Shown here: positions 13,529-24,912 of the stretch, piece by piece
How the letters are laid out: the number at the start of each line of letters is the position of its first letter
Position numbering within the stretch: position 1 is the stretch's first letter
From: Leucoraja ocellata
Lineage: Eukaryota
Assembly: GCA_036785375.1 (NCBI GenBank)
Contig: JAWMAR010000076.1
Location: forward strand, 7,874,001-7,938,000
Direction: 5' to 3'
Length of the DNA: 64,000 nt
Translations under genes and position numbers: made by a program
The notes under the pieces: model-generated
Databases searched by the model: none
What the model was told of the DNA's origin: nothing
Seen by the model: the letters and a program-made list of their open reading frames with translations, nothing else

Positions 13529-14482
13529 ATGATGGAGACAGAACAAAGCCCTACCTCTTCACACGCCAGCCCGACCCTGTCTCTGGACGCGGTCTCCGTG
13601 AAACTGCCCAGCTTCTGGACCACACGGCCGCTCATCTGGTTCCAGCAGGCGGAGGCCCAGTTCAACCTGCGGGGCATCACGGTCGATGCCACCCGCTTCT
13701 ATTACCTGGTGGGAGCCCTCGACCAGGATGCGGTGGAAGAAGTATCGGACTTCCTCGCAGCCCCCCCGGACAATGATAAATACCTCGGCCTGAAACAGCT
13801 CCTGCTCCAAATTTACGGACTAAGTAGGATGGAGCGGGCAGGTAGGATCCTGCATATGGGTGGCCTGGGCGACCGGCGGCCATCTACCCTCCTAAAGGAA
13901 ATGGTGGCGTTATTAGACGGGCACACGCCGTGCCTGTTGTTCGAGTACACTTACCTGCATCTGCTGCCGGCCTACATTCGATTGCAACTCACCGACGCCT
14001 CATTTGCCGACCTTCGGGCCCTCGGGAGGCGCGCCGAAGCCATGTGGTTGGTGCGCCCTGATGACGTCAGCGCGCTGGGCGTCAGCAGAGACGAGGTCGC
14101 GCTCAGGTCGACGCGCCCGGATGACGTCAACGCGCTGGCCGTCGGCAGGCACGCCGATGACGTCAACGCGCTGGCCGTCGGCAGGCACGCCGATGACGTC
14201 ACCCCAGCAACTCCCGATTTCCTCCGGTGGGGCGGGGGAGCTGTGGAAAGAGTGACAGCTCCAGCCCGACGGCCCGCACGATTACCCCCAGCGGCAGTGA
14301 GGGGTACTGCACCTGCAGTCCAGCGCCAGCAAGCTGCAGGCACCACCAGCAGGGGCAGGCAAGCTCCAAATAGCACAAACACAAGGAGCTGGTGCTATTT
14401 CCATCAGTGCTGGGGTGCTGCAGCACGACAATGCCGCCAGCCATGCACGTTCCCGGGAAACGCCTGGGCTGGCTGCCAATAG
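13529..14482 (+). CDS. gag: Gypsy Gag
   Basis: AVSVKLPSFW N-terminus; C-terminal CYFH-x9-C-x3-C (CHCC) knuckle; internal 36-bp repeats encoding ADDVNALAVGRH. Confidence 0.88.
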   Translation: MMETEQSPTSSHASPTLSLDAVSVKLPSFWTTRPLIWFQQAEAQFNLRGITVDATRFYYLVGALDQDAVEEVSDFLAAPPDNDKYLGLKQLLLQIYGLSRMERAGRILHMGGLGDRRPSTLLKEMVALLDGHTPCLLFEYTYLHLLPAYIRLQLTDASFADLRALGRRAEAMWLVRPDDVSALGVSRDEVALRSTRPDDVNALAVGRHADDVNALAVGRHADDVTPATPDFLRWGGGAVERVTAPARRPARLPPAAVRGTAPAVQRQQAAGTTSRGRQAPNSTNTRSWCYFHQCWGAAARQCRQPCTFPGNAWAGCQ

Positions 14483-17400
14483 TCCCCGCGGTGGCCGGCC
14501 AAATTCACCGCCTTTTCGCTTGGGATCGGCGCTCCGGGGCCCGCTTCCTCGTGGATACAGGAGCGGAGCTCAGCGTCCTGCCCCCTTCGCTGGCCGACAT
14601 TCGTTCCGGTAAGCGGGGGCCCGTCCTCACCGCGGCGAACGGCAGCCCCATCCGCACATATGGACTGCGCATGGTTCCCATCATGCTCGGCTCCTGCCAT
14701 TTTTCATGGAACTTCACCATTGCCGACGTCTCCCAACCATTGCTCGGGGCCGATTTTCTCCGGACGCATTCCCTCATGGTGGACGTCGGGCGTCAGCGTT
14801 TCGTCAACGCCACTACAATGGAGCCGATCACGTTGCGTTTGGATCAACCGGTGGGACGGCCACTGGCGTCCGTGGACTCCCGATTCGCACGAATCTTGGC
14901 TGCGTTCCCGGACATTCTCACTCCGCAGTTTCATTCAGCAACCCCCAGCCACGGAGTTGTACATTATATCCCGACTACCGGCCCACCGCTCCATGCACGA
15001 GCACGACGACTGCCACCAGATAAACTGCGTCTGGCACGGCGGGAATTCCGCACGATGGAGGCCTTGGGGATCGTCCGCCCTTCGAGCAGCCCTTGGGCGT
15101 CCCCACTCCACATGGTCCCTAAGTCAAGCGGGGGCTGGCGACCTTGTGGGGATTACCGATGGCTGAACGCTGCAACAACAGCGGATCGATTCCCCGTACC
15201 CCACATCCAGGATTTCACGGCCCATTTGGCTGGGGCCACATTTTTTTCAAAAGTGAATCTGGTGCGGGGTTATAATCAGATCCTGGTTCACCCGGATGAC
15301 GTACCCAAGACGGCTATCATCACGCCATTCGGGCTTTACGAGTTTACTCGGATGCCGTTCAGCCTCAAAAACGCTGCACAGGCCTTTCAACGCCTCATGG
15401 ATGGGGTGTGTCGTGACCTCGAATTCGTGTTCGTGTACCTGGATGACATCCTGGTGGCCAGCCGCTCGCAGCAGGAACACTGCGCTCACCTTCGACAGCT
15501 CTGTCAGCGGCTCAGCGAGCATGGTTTGGCCATCAACCTGGACAAGTGCCGTTTTGGGGTCAACGAAATTGACTTTCTCGGCCACCGCGTGACTGCGCAA
15601 GGCGCGGTTCCCCTGCCTGACAGGGTTGACGCCATCCGGCGGTTTCCCCGCCCACGCACGGTGCGTGGCCTGCAGGAATTTGTCGGCATGGTGACATTCT
15701 ACCATCGTTTCGTGCCATCCGCGGCCCACATCATGTATCAACTTCTGGCGGGTGGGCAGCAAAAGCGCGTTGAGTGGACCCACGAGGCGGAGGCAGCTTT
15801 CGACGGTGCAAAGGAGGCCCTTGCTCGGGCCGTGCTGCTGGTGCACCCACGGGAAGATGCCCCAACTGCTCTCACTGTGGACGCCTCGGAGTCGGCAGTT
15901 GGTGCTGTACTGGAGCAGCTGACAGGCGGAGTTTGGCGGCCTCTGGCCTTCTTCAGTCGGCACCTCAACCGCGCGCAGACCAAGTACAGCGCGTTCGATC
16001 GTGAGCTCCTGGCTCTGTACCTGGCTGTGCGCCATTTTTGTTTCTTCCTGGAGGGCCGCCTCTTCACCGCCTACACCGACCATAAGCCGCTCACTTTCGC
16101 CCTGCAGAAGGTTTCCGACCCCTGGTCCGCACGTCAGCAGCGGCAGTTGGCTTACATCTCCGAGTACACCACAGCCATCCGCTACGTCAAGGGGAAAGAG
16201 TACCGGGTGGCCGACGCATTGTCCCGCCCTGCTATAAATGCCGTGTTTGAGGTGGCGCCCGGATTGGACTATTCTGCTCTGGCGGCGGCACAGCTCACGG
16301 ACGACGAGGTGCCCACCTACCGGACTGCCATCTCCGGCCTCCGTCTTGAGGATGTCCCTCTCGGTCCTGGGGGTGTGACAATCCTGTGCGATGTGTCGTC
16401 CGGTCAGCCGCGCCCCATCGTCCCTGCCACCTGGCGCCGGAGAGTGTTCGAGGTGATCCACGGACTGGCTCACCCATCAATCCGGGCGACAACGGCACTG
16501 GTGGCAGCTCGCTTCATGTGGCACGGTCTGCGCAAGCAAGTTGCCCATTGGGCTCGCACCTGCATCCCGTGCCAGACGGCAAAAATCCAGCGCCATGTCC
16601 GCGCACCCCTCCAGGAGTTCGGTCTACCTCACCGGCGGTTCGACCATCTCCACGTGGACATTGTGGGGTCCCTTCGACCGTCCCGGGGCATCACCCACCT
16701 TTTGACCATGGTGGACCGCTTCACGCGGTGGCCGGAGGCCATTCCGTTGGCTGACACCTCATCGGCTACGTGTGCTCGTGCGTTGTCCGCGCACTGGATT
16801 GCTCGCTTCGGGGGGCCGGCACACATCTCCTCCGACCGGGGGCCACAGTTCACCTCCGAGCTGTGGTCAGCCATGGCTCGCTTGCTGGGGGTGCAGCTGC
16901 ACCACACCACGGCTTACCACCCGCAGGCTAACGGTCTGGTGGAGAGGTTCCACGGGCAGCTGAAGGCGGCATTGAAGGCACGGCTCACCGGCCCGGACTG
17001 GATGGACGAGTTGCCGTGGGTCATGCTGGGCATCCGGACCGCTCCCAAAGAGGACTTGGCCTCATCATCGGCGGAGCCGGTGTACGGGTCGACACTCACA
17101 GTGCCCGGGGAGTTCGTGCCGTCGGCGCCGGAGCAGCAGGAAACGCTCTCCTCCACCCTTCAACGCCTTCGCGAGCGAGTTGGCAGGCTCGCACCCGTCC
17201 CGACGTCCCGCCATGGGATATTTCACCCACACGTGCCAATGGCCCTCACGGACTGCCCGTACGTCTTCCTGCGCCGTGATGCCCACCGGACGCCACTCCA
17301 GAGGCCGTACGAGGGCCCGTTCCGGGTGCTGGAACACGGGCAGTCGACTTTTGTCCTGGACATGGGGGGCCGGCCGGAGGCCGTGTCGATTGACCGTTTA

Positions 17401-17727
17401 AAGCCGGCGCACCTGAACATTGACCAGCTGGTTGCTCAACCTCGGCCCCGAGGGCGCCCCCCCTCACGACTCCCTCCACCTGTCCCTCCACCTGTCCTCC
17501 CGCCGGTCCCTCGACCTGTCCCTCCACCTACGCCCCCGCAAGCCCCGGGATCTGCTGACTTCCGCACGCGGGCCGGCCGGGTCGTGCGCCCGCTGGTGCG
17601 TTTTGTGCCTCTGGTTCTGGGGGGGGGGGGTCCTGTGGCGGCTCCTAAGGGTCGTGCCATTATACTGCCGAACCCCTCGGCACAGGAGTGGCGCAGTCCG
17701 GAGGCGGTCCTTAGCCGGAGGGTATAA
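14455..17727 (+). CDS. pol: Gypsy Pol (PR-RT-RNaseH-IN) in the -1 frame
   Basis: LVDTGA protease, YLDD, RNase H DAS/YTDH, HHCC and DDE integrase (HVDIVG, SSDRG, LVERF). Slippery G GGA AAC at 14455-14461. Confidence 0.92.
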   Translation, partial: GKRLGWLPIVPAVAGQIHRLFAWDRRSGARFLVDTGAELSVLPPSLADIRSGKRGPVLTAANGSPIRTYGLRMVPIMLGSCHFSWNFTIADVSQPLLGADFLRTHSLMVDVGRQRFVNATTMEPITLRLDQPVGRPLASVDSRFARILAAFPDILTPQFHSATPSHGVVHYIPTTGPPLHARARRLPPDKLRLARREFRTMEALGIVRPSSSPWASPLHMVPKSSGGWRPCGDYRWLNAATTADRFPVPHIQDFTAHLAGATFFSKVNLVRGYNQILVHPDDVPKTAIITPFGLYEFTRMPFSLKNAAQAFQRLMDGVCRDLEFVFVYLDDILVASRSQQEHCAHLRQLCQRLSEHGLAINLDKCRFGVNEIDFLGHRVTAQGAVPLPDRVDAIRRFPRPRTVRGLQEFVGMVTFYHRFVPSAAHIMYQLLAGGQQKRVEWTHEAEAAFDGAKEALARAVLLVHPREDAPTALTVDASESAVGAVLEQLTGGVWRPLAFFSRHLNRAQTKYSAFDRELLALYLAVRHFCFFLEGRLFTAYTDHKPLTFALQKVSDPWSARQQRQLAYISEYTTAIRYVKGKEYRVADALSRPAINAVFEVAPGLDYSALAAAQLTDDEVPTYRTAISGLRLEDVPLGPGGVTILCDVSSGQPRPIVPATWRRRVFEVIHGLAHPSIRATTALVAARFMWHGLRKQVAHWARTCIPCQTAKIQRHVRAPLQEFGLPHRRFDHLHVDIVGSLRPSRGITHLLTMVDRFTRWPEAIPLADTSSATCARALSAHWIARFGGPAHISSDRGPQFTSELWSAMARLLGVQLHHTTAYHPQANGLVERFHGQLKAALKARLTGPDWMDELPWVMLGIRTAPKEDLASSSAEPVYGSTLTVPGEFVPSAPEQQETLSSTLQRLRERVGRLAPVPTSRHGIFHPHVPMALTDCPYVFLRRDAHRTPLQRPYEGPFRVLEHGQSTFVLDMGGRPEAVSIDRLKPAHLNIDQLVAQPRPRGRPPSRLPPPVPPPVLPPVPRPVPPPTPPQAPGSADFRTRAGRVVRPLVRFVPLVLGGGGPVAAPKGRAIILPNPSAQEWRSPEAVLSRRV

Positions 17728-18214
17728 AAGGCAGGGTTTGGGTGCCATCTTTTCCTGGTTTCGTCTTCCCCTGAACCGGGAGGAATTAAAGTAAAGTGCT
17801 TCTCAAACTTCGGACTACTTGCCTCATTTTGAGACCCACACACTACAATGTCATGCTTTATTAAATTTTACTCATCCATGGTCAATTGATGCAGTGTGTG
17901 ACGCATGGACTCGTGTCCATGGTATGAAATCACAGAGCTTTGAAATATTCACGTAGTCACTCACGTGACTCCGAAGTAAAATAGTAAGATTAAACAAGAA
18001 ATTACCAGTTTGAAGTTTGATCTTTATCTTATGAGGAGTTACCATGAGCCCATTCCTGTGCTGTGCACACATATGGCCCTAATCAAAAGGACTCCATTTT
18101 GCATGATTTAGTATGACTAATAAAATTCTACAAATTTAGTGTTAGATTCTGTGCACTCTTCAAGCATGACTGTGCTGAGTGTTTTTTTTAAGAAGACATA
18201 TTTTCCCATTAAAG

Positions 18215-20209
18215 ATGCAAATCCTTCGATCCTGATCTAATTCCCGAGGCTGGTAAGGATGACACGGCACGGTTACGGTGCTCCATGGAGAACATAGAAA
18301 ATAGGTGCAGGAGGAGGCCATTTGGCCCTTCGAGCCTGCACCGCCATTCATTGGGACCATGGCTGAACATCCGCAATCAATAACCCGTGCCTATCTTTTC
18401 CCCATATCCCTTGATTCCGCTAGCCCTTAGAGATCTAACTCTTGTAAATTCATTGTGAATTGGCCTCTACTGCCTTCTGTGGCAGAGAACTTCACAAATT
18501 CACAACACTCTGGGTGAAAAAGTTTTTTCTCATCTCAGTTATAAATGGCCTCCCCATTATTATTAGACTGTGGCCCCAAATATGTACACAATGCACCAGA
18601 ATTGGCCTCACCAATGCCTTGTACAATTCTAACATTACATCCCAACTTCTATACTCAAAGCTCAGATTTATAAAGGCCAGCACACCAAAAGATTTCTTTA
18701 CCACCCTATCTGCATGAGATTCCACCTTCAGGGAACTGTGCACAGTTATTCCTAGATATCTCTTTTCAACTGCATTCATCAATTCACTACCATTTACCAT
18801 GTACGTCTTATTTTGATTTGTCCTGCCAAGATGTAGCACCTCACACTTATCAGCATTTAACTCCATCCGCCATCTTTCAACCCACTCTTCCAAATGGCCT
18901 AAACCTCTCTGTAGACTTTGAAAATCTACTTCATTATCCACAACACCACCTATCTTAGTATCATCTGCATACTTACTAATCCAATTTACCACACCATCAT
19001 CCAGATCATTGATGTACATGACAAACAACAGTGGACCCAGATCCCTGTGGCATCCCACTAGCCACTGTCCTCCAACCTGACAAACAGCCATCCACCATTA
19101 CTCTTTGGCATCTCCCATTCAGCCACTGTTGAATCCATCTTGCTACTCCACCATTAATACCAAACAATTGAACCTTCTTAAGCAACCTTCCATGAGGAAC
19201 CTTGTCAAAGGCCTTACTGAAGTCCATATATACAACATCCACGGCTTTACCCTCATCAATTTTCCGAGTAACCTCTTCAAAAAATTCAAGAAGATGAGTC
19301 AAACATGATCTTCCAAGCACAAATCTATGTTGACTGTTCCTAATCCGACCCTGTTTATCCAGATGCTTATATATATTATCTCTAAGTATCTTTTCCATTA
19401 ATTTGCCCACCACTGACGTCAAACTAACAGGTCTATAATTGCTAGGTTTACTCTTAGAACCCTTTTTAAACAATGGAACAACATGCACAGTACGCCAATT
19501 CTCCGGCACTATTCCCATTTCTAATGACATTTGAAATATTTCTGTCATAGCCCCTGCTATTTCTATACTAACTTCCCTCAATATCTTAGGGAATATCCTG
19601 TCCTGACCTGGAGACTTATACAATTTTATATTTTTTAAAAAGAGTCAGTACTTCCTCTTCTTTGAATCTCATAGTTTCCATAGCTATTCTACTTGTTTCC
19701 CTTACCTCACATAATATCCTTCTCCTTGGTGAATACCGAAGAAAAGAAATTGTTCAATATCTCCCCCATCTATTTTGGCTCTGCAGATAGCTGTCCACTC
19801 TAACTCTCTAATGGACCAATTTTATCCCTCGTTATCCTTTTGCTATTAATATAGCTGTAGATGTCCTTCCTCAAATTAGCAGACCAAAACTACACACAAT
19901 ATTTCAGATGTGGTCTCACCAGGGCCCTGTACAACTGCAGAAGGACCTCTACTCCTGAAGTGGGAAACACTGACGTCCACTGGTACCGAGAACTACCCGG
20001 GCAGGACATGGAGTGGGTTTTAAAACACGAGGCTGGAGGCAGCGTACAAAGGAAACCAGGCTTCACTGAGCGGTTCCAGCCATTCAAAGACGCCTCCAGC
20101 AGCAGCTTCATCCTGAATGTCACAAACGTGATGCTCAATGACTCTGCTGTCTATTACTGCACAGTGTGGGGAGATATCAGAGGGAACGGGATCCAGATGA
20201 TTGGCATTA
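18215..20209 (+). pseudogene. Gene A exon V4, inactivated and split by CR1 insertions
   Basis: 5' piece 18215-18293 has a CAA>TAA stop and a 10-nt deletion relative to V2. 3' piece 19955-20209 reads EVGNTDVHWYRELPGQ..YYCTVWGDIRGNG, with a GTAAGT donor. CR1 sequence fills 18294-19954. Confidence 0.88.
18294..19954 (-). mobile_element. Two CR1 subfamilies, apparently nested, inserted in exon V4
   Basis: RT ORFs 18492-19091 (YADD) and 19006-19623. CATAGAAA tail of the other subfamily at 18293 and its RT piece at 19861-19954. Confidence 0.88.
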
Positions 20210-22435
20210 GTAAGTTCAGTTTACACAATACTAAATGATCTCCGTTAGTGTAGATATAGAGCGTGCCAGGGGTGAGATAGCAGTTTTGCGCATTTATTTT
20301 AATTTCAGTTTACAATATTTACAATATTAAAAACTTTAAAGTATCTTATAATTGAATCTTATAATTATATGTGAATCTTATAATTTTCAGTCATAGCGTG
20401 AAAACAGGCCCTTCGGCCCAACTTGCCCATACCGATTCATTTTCATGTATTTATTTATGCTTTTTAATGAATTGGACTAACAAATACACATCTGATGGCT
20501 ATTTGTAGAAAAACACATTTCTGCCCCGGCTCCTAACTCCAAACTTACACACTTCACCTTATTGTGTTAGCCTGAATCTGACCCCACCATTTTTTGCTCC
20601 AGAACAGGGCCCCATCTTTCAACCAAGCACGTTATAACCTTCCAGGGACAGCAATTAATTAAGTAATTTCCTATTGAATTTCCTCCTCCCACACCCTTTT
20701 TTCTGCTACACCACTACACCTTCTAGTAACTGTCAACATTCCTTCATTGGTAGCTGCATCTATCTATCTATATCACCTACCTACTCTACCTATCTACATA
20801 CCTACTTACCTCTGTCTAAAACACTCATCATCTTTGTTTGTTTGTTCACGAAATACAGCCAAAACAGTGCACGACAGCGCAACAATTTTTGGCCCACCTT
20901 ACTTGCCGTTGTCTTGCGGTGTGCAGCAGCATGTTTTGTTCAGATTGATGTAATATTTAAAAAGTTTTGATTTTTTAAAGATTAATAAACCTGGCATTTG
21001 CGCTCCCACTTGCCGGCCGCACCTGCTTAGTTGCGGGCGGGTTACCGTGACTCGCCTCATAACAGGGATCTCTGACGTCACAACGGGAACCCATCAGCCA
21101 TGCCACTGCAGTTGGGGGCTGTGGGTGAGTGTTGGAATATTACGTCGGGGGATGGCGGACCCAACAGGTCCGTATATAGTTGTATAACTCTCGTCTTGTA
21201 TGTATGTATATTTGTTTGTTTGTTTGTTTTGTTGTATGTCTGTATCTATCAAAACATGGGGGGACACACAATTTCTTGATGGCCGCACGCCCGCTCACAT
21301 GCGCGAGGCTTCAGCCGTTGGCCCTGTGCACGATAACATCAGGATCAGACCTGGTTGGTGACCAACTCCAAACTCCAGCAACAGCAGCTTCGTCCGCCCC
21401 GAATCGTGGGGCTTGAATCGGCCCATTCGCGGGGCCTTTCATCGCCCGAGGCCGATTTCAGTCCGTGCCGGGTGATGAAAGGCCCCGCGAACGGGCCGAT
21501 TAATGCTCCGCTCTATGATCTTTGCTCCACCAGGACGCCTCCCTTCTCCAATCACCGCGCTTTATACTCAGTCCCACCCCCCTACTTCTGCCTCTGACCG
21601 ACACTCCCTCCTCCAATCATCGCGCTGAATCATCATGTTCCCCCCCCCCCCCCCCCCCATTGCTTGCTAACCGGCATCTCTCTAGTCCAATCGGCGCCCT
21701 CGAACATCCGTCCCACCCCCTCTGTCTTGCGGAGTGCAGGGTGTAAACATGGGTTCTAACCCGAAACGTCACCCATCCTTTTTATTCAGAGATACTGCCT
21801 GACCCGCTGAGTAACTCCAACACTTTTTGCCTGTCTTCAGCATAAACCAGCATCTGCAGTTCATTTCTACACAGATGGAGTGAATGCTTTGTGGAGTATT
21901 TCCACTTCATCTACAGGAGTGACCTTGAGCTTCCTGTTGTCACCACTTTAATCCCCCTCCACTGCTACCCTGACCTCTCTATGTGTCACCTCCGCACTGT
22001 TACAACGGGACACAATTGAAGCTTGCTGACATTTAATGATTTCTAAATTAATGCTTATTTGGTTCATTAGGATGTATTCCAATAAATGGCCAGGTAAACG
22101 CACTGGTGAACACTCGGTGCTCCCCTTCTTTCCTTTATTACAGTACATTTATATCAGAATGGTCAATGAAAGTTGAAGGAACATGGTGCCTCTGCGAACT
22201 TCGCTTTTTTCAGTGGCCAGTTGGGTCAGCTGGTGGACGTTGGTTGAATAGCAATATTCCACTAGTAATTGGATAAATTCCAATGAGAACCTATTGCAGG
22301 GTGGGGAAATAAGTGGGTTAGGATCAGTGGACCACTCTTTCAAAGAGCTGGCACAGAACGATGGGCCAAGTGGCTTCCTGCTGCACTGACATTACTTTTC
22401 CCTGATGTTGACCCAATGATGTGATTTCTTTGCAG

Positions 22436-22570
22436 TTTCTCAAACGAAGGAGAATCAAGTTGCGGTGATGTACCTTGCCTGGATCATTCTACCTTTGGTG
22501 CTGGGAGTTCTTGCTGTTATTGGAGCCATTTGCCTCATCAGACGCAGAGCATCTGGAAGCCACCAGTCCT
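22436..22570 (+). CDS. Gene A transmembrane exon
   Basis: tttctttgcAG acceptor, GTATGT donor; 135 nt, phase 1-1: SQTKENQVAVMYLAWIILPLVLGVLAVIGAICLIRRRASGSHQS (uncharged TM, RRR stop-transfer). Paralogous to 50095-50229. Confidence 0.88.
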
Positions 22571-22735
22571 GTATGTGTAACTAAATAATTCAGCCTGAGC
22601 TGATTGCTGTGTGGTTAGTGAAATTGGAAGGGCTAGTTCCGATTGTCAAAAAGCCGTCATTATGCTGTTGGGTAGCAAAGTGGGATTCATAGCTCCGAGG
22701 CTGCTCATTGTGGGACCTTGTTCTCTATTTCACAG

Positions 22736-22809
22736 CCCAGTCTGGAGTGGATGATGATCAGACCCCAGGAGCAGATTATGAAAACATATCCGTGGCAAGA
22801 AATGTCCCG
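22736..22809 (+). CDS. Gene A cytoplasmic exon 1 (YENI motif)
   Basis: tttcacAG acceptor, GTGAGT donor; 74 nt, phase 1-0: SQSGVDDDQTPGADYENISVARNVP. Conserved in gene B. Confidence 0.85.
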
Positions 22810-22922
22810 GTGAGTTATGATAGTTTTCTGTGATAAGCAGACCTGTGCTGGGATCCCTCTCCCTGATGGTGTGCTATTAGCTTCCCATCAGGTATTTACT
22901 CCACTAGCTTTGTGGATCATTG

Positions 22923-24308
22923 TAGGCTGTGGGCCGATAAAATATAATTGAGAAGGATGTCATAACTCGTCAGTGCCAAACGTTGCACATTAATTAATTA
23001 AACTAATTAGAAAATGAGATTAAAAAATGTACGCGCCATCTAGTGTCCAATGCCCATATTACACCATGGAGTGCCTATTTCCGTGATGCAGTCTATTTAA
23101 ACTATATATTATTATACCATATATATATGACTTGTGAATATGACTATAAAATAATATAATTAATATAATATAATTTTTATAATATAATTCTTTGCGCTTT
23201 TTGACTGAGTGCCGCAGAGGTCCAGCTCCTGAACCAGCCTAATTAATGGGTGAGGGCAGTTCTTCTGGGTTCCCCTGTTTACTGAACCCCACTGACTACC
23301 AGTGTGCAGAATGGGGGTCATGGCCATAGTGGGACTGGGACCGTGCCAGGCTGGGAGAAAGGTAAGGCATCTTCCACTGAGAGGAAAATGCCTAACCCTA
23401 ACCCTAACTCGCCTCCCTTCCAGAGCTGCCCACGGCTGGAGCTGGTGCTGCTTTGGGACCGGCTGTGGGTTGCGTACGTGTGGCCACTCAGCGAGTCCAC
23501 CTCGGCCAGCATGCCCTTCTGGATCATTGTGGTGATGATGGTGGGGAGTAGCACTGCCTTGCATGCTGCCCAGGCCACCTTCAGCACCCCATAGCGCCAG
23601 CTCCGTCAGTCCGCCTGCTCGCTCGTTGCAATACCGGCCGGCCGACAACCTGACCGAACCCTCGCAGCACTCACAGGCCTACCAACTGCCTGACCGACCC
23701 CTCGCAGCATCCACTAGCGGTCCGTTCCCCGACCGATCCTCCACAGCATCCATCGGCCTACCGACAAGCCCGACCGACCGATTGACTGACCCTAACCCTG
23801 ACCCTGGCCATGACCCTAACCCTGACCCTAACCCTGACCCTAACCCTGAACCTAACCCTGAACCTAACCCTAATCCTAACCCTAGCTGTACATTTGTTAA
23901 TTATAATTTTTATTTAACATCCAAACTTTATATAGATAAATCAATTGAAAAACAAAATTATCAACAAGGTTAGCATTACCTTTATCCTTGGAAACCTTGT
24001 TATTGCTATTGATGTAATGAGGAGGCAGCCATGATCCCAGAGTCCTCGCTGCCTAGCGACCATAAAACAAACAGTATGCGGGATTGGTCAATTTGCGTCC
24101 GACCTTAATGTCAAACGTGTATTGATTGGACAATTACTACTCGGATAATTGGAAGTTTTTGTCATATTTAAATAAAATGTGCAGGTTTTGTTCTTGACGC
24201 GTTTCAGGTATGATTTATATTATATTTTTACACAATATGTTAAAAATTCAGGATAGTTCTGAGATGGGTCACGAACCTGAACGAAAAAGCTCCTCGGCCC
24301 ACAGACTA
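22923..24308. mobile_element. Non-autonomous DNA transposon (TAG..CTA termini, 3-bp TSD; Academ-like)
   Basis: 15-bp TIR TAGGCTGTGGGCCGA / TCGGCCCACAGACTA, TTG TSD; empty site in the paralogous gene B intron at about 49740. Confidence 0.8.
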
Positions 24309-24912
24309 TTGGGTATTGTAAATGTACATGGTGCATCTGTTGATGGAGAGTGGGACATGCACTGCTTGTGAGCAGGTGTGTGAGAGCACACTACCAGGTC
24401 TAACAATCCACTGAAGGTTCAGCTTCAGCTGCTTAACCTGAGAGGAGATCAACCTCAGGGTCTCTCCTACTTTTGTCTGCTCAGAACCATCCTTTCTGGC
24501 CAAACATTTGGCCATCAGCTCCACCATTAGCACAACTACAACAATTGTCTGATAATGTTCGCTTCAAACTAATAGGAATGTTTAACCACAGTAAAGGCAG
24601 GTTCCTGATTAATATGGTTTCGGAATTCTTTCAAAAATCTCTCCCCATGACTTTGATGATAATTATTCTTAGTACTTCAGCTCCGCTGAAACTGCTGACT
24701 CCTGCGTGACATGGAGTGTGTGTCCAAGATTAAAGATAGCAGTCGTTTCAGTGGAGAAGTTATATTTTTCTTATGAGTGTAGTTGCATCATGTCTCAACA
24801 TCGCACTAAAAATATTCAGTACTTGTTCTCCTGAACAATGAAGGGAGCTGCCAGCTGAATTCTGAAGCCAGCTTTTTGGCCAAAGTAACTGTTTGATTGT
24901 GTTGTGTTGTAG

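Larger units (their letters stand above)
13286..17847 (+). mobile_element. Full-length Gypsy LTR retrotransposon, CsRn1-like
   Basis: 214-bp TG..CA LTRs at 13286-13499 and 17634-17847 (4 mismatches); ATGT TSD; PBS at 13501; G-run PPT at about 17619-17630. Confidence 0.95.
8140..18045 (+). mobile_element. Degenerate DIRS-like tyrosine-recombinase retrotransposon hosting two nested insertions
   Basis: Left end tattttactttggagtcacgtgagtgactacgtgaa recurs inverted at about 17948-17983. RT remnants IDLKDAY and YLDD (about 9960-10180), DLFA methylase-like region 10949-11326, tyrosine recombinase HSTRA..AGWS at 12086-12240. Confidence 0.8.

Noticed and set aside
15247-16473. 408-aa antisense ORF in the Gypsy pol
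   Set aside because: Shadow ORF expected from high GC and codon bias; no recognisable domain.
19861-20238. Apparent 125-aa ORF fusing a novel N-terminus to an Ig domain
   Set aside because: The N-terminus is antisense CR1 sequence that happens to be in frame with the broken V4; no splice acceptor supports it.
20800-21300. Possible non-autonomous Helitron remnants
   Set aside because: The (TTTG)n leader is suggestive, but the TC start, CTRR end and hairpin are not clean enough to support a call.
23563-23973. ORF with (NP/DP)n repeats resembling circumsporozoite protein
   Set aside because: It is the translation of a CCCTAA-like simple repeat inside a MITE.
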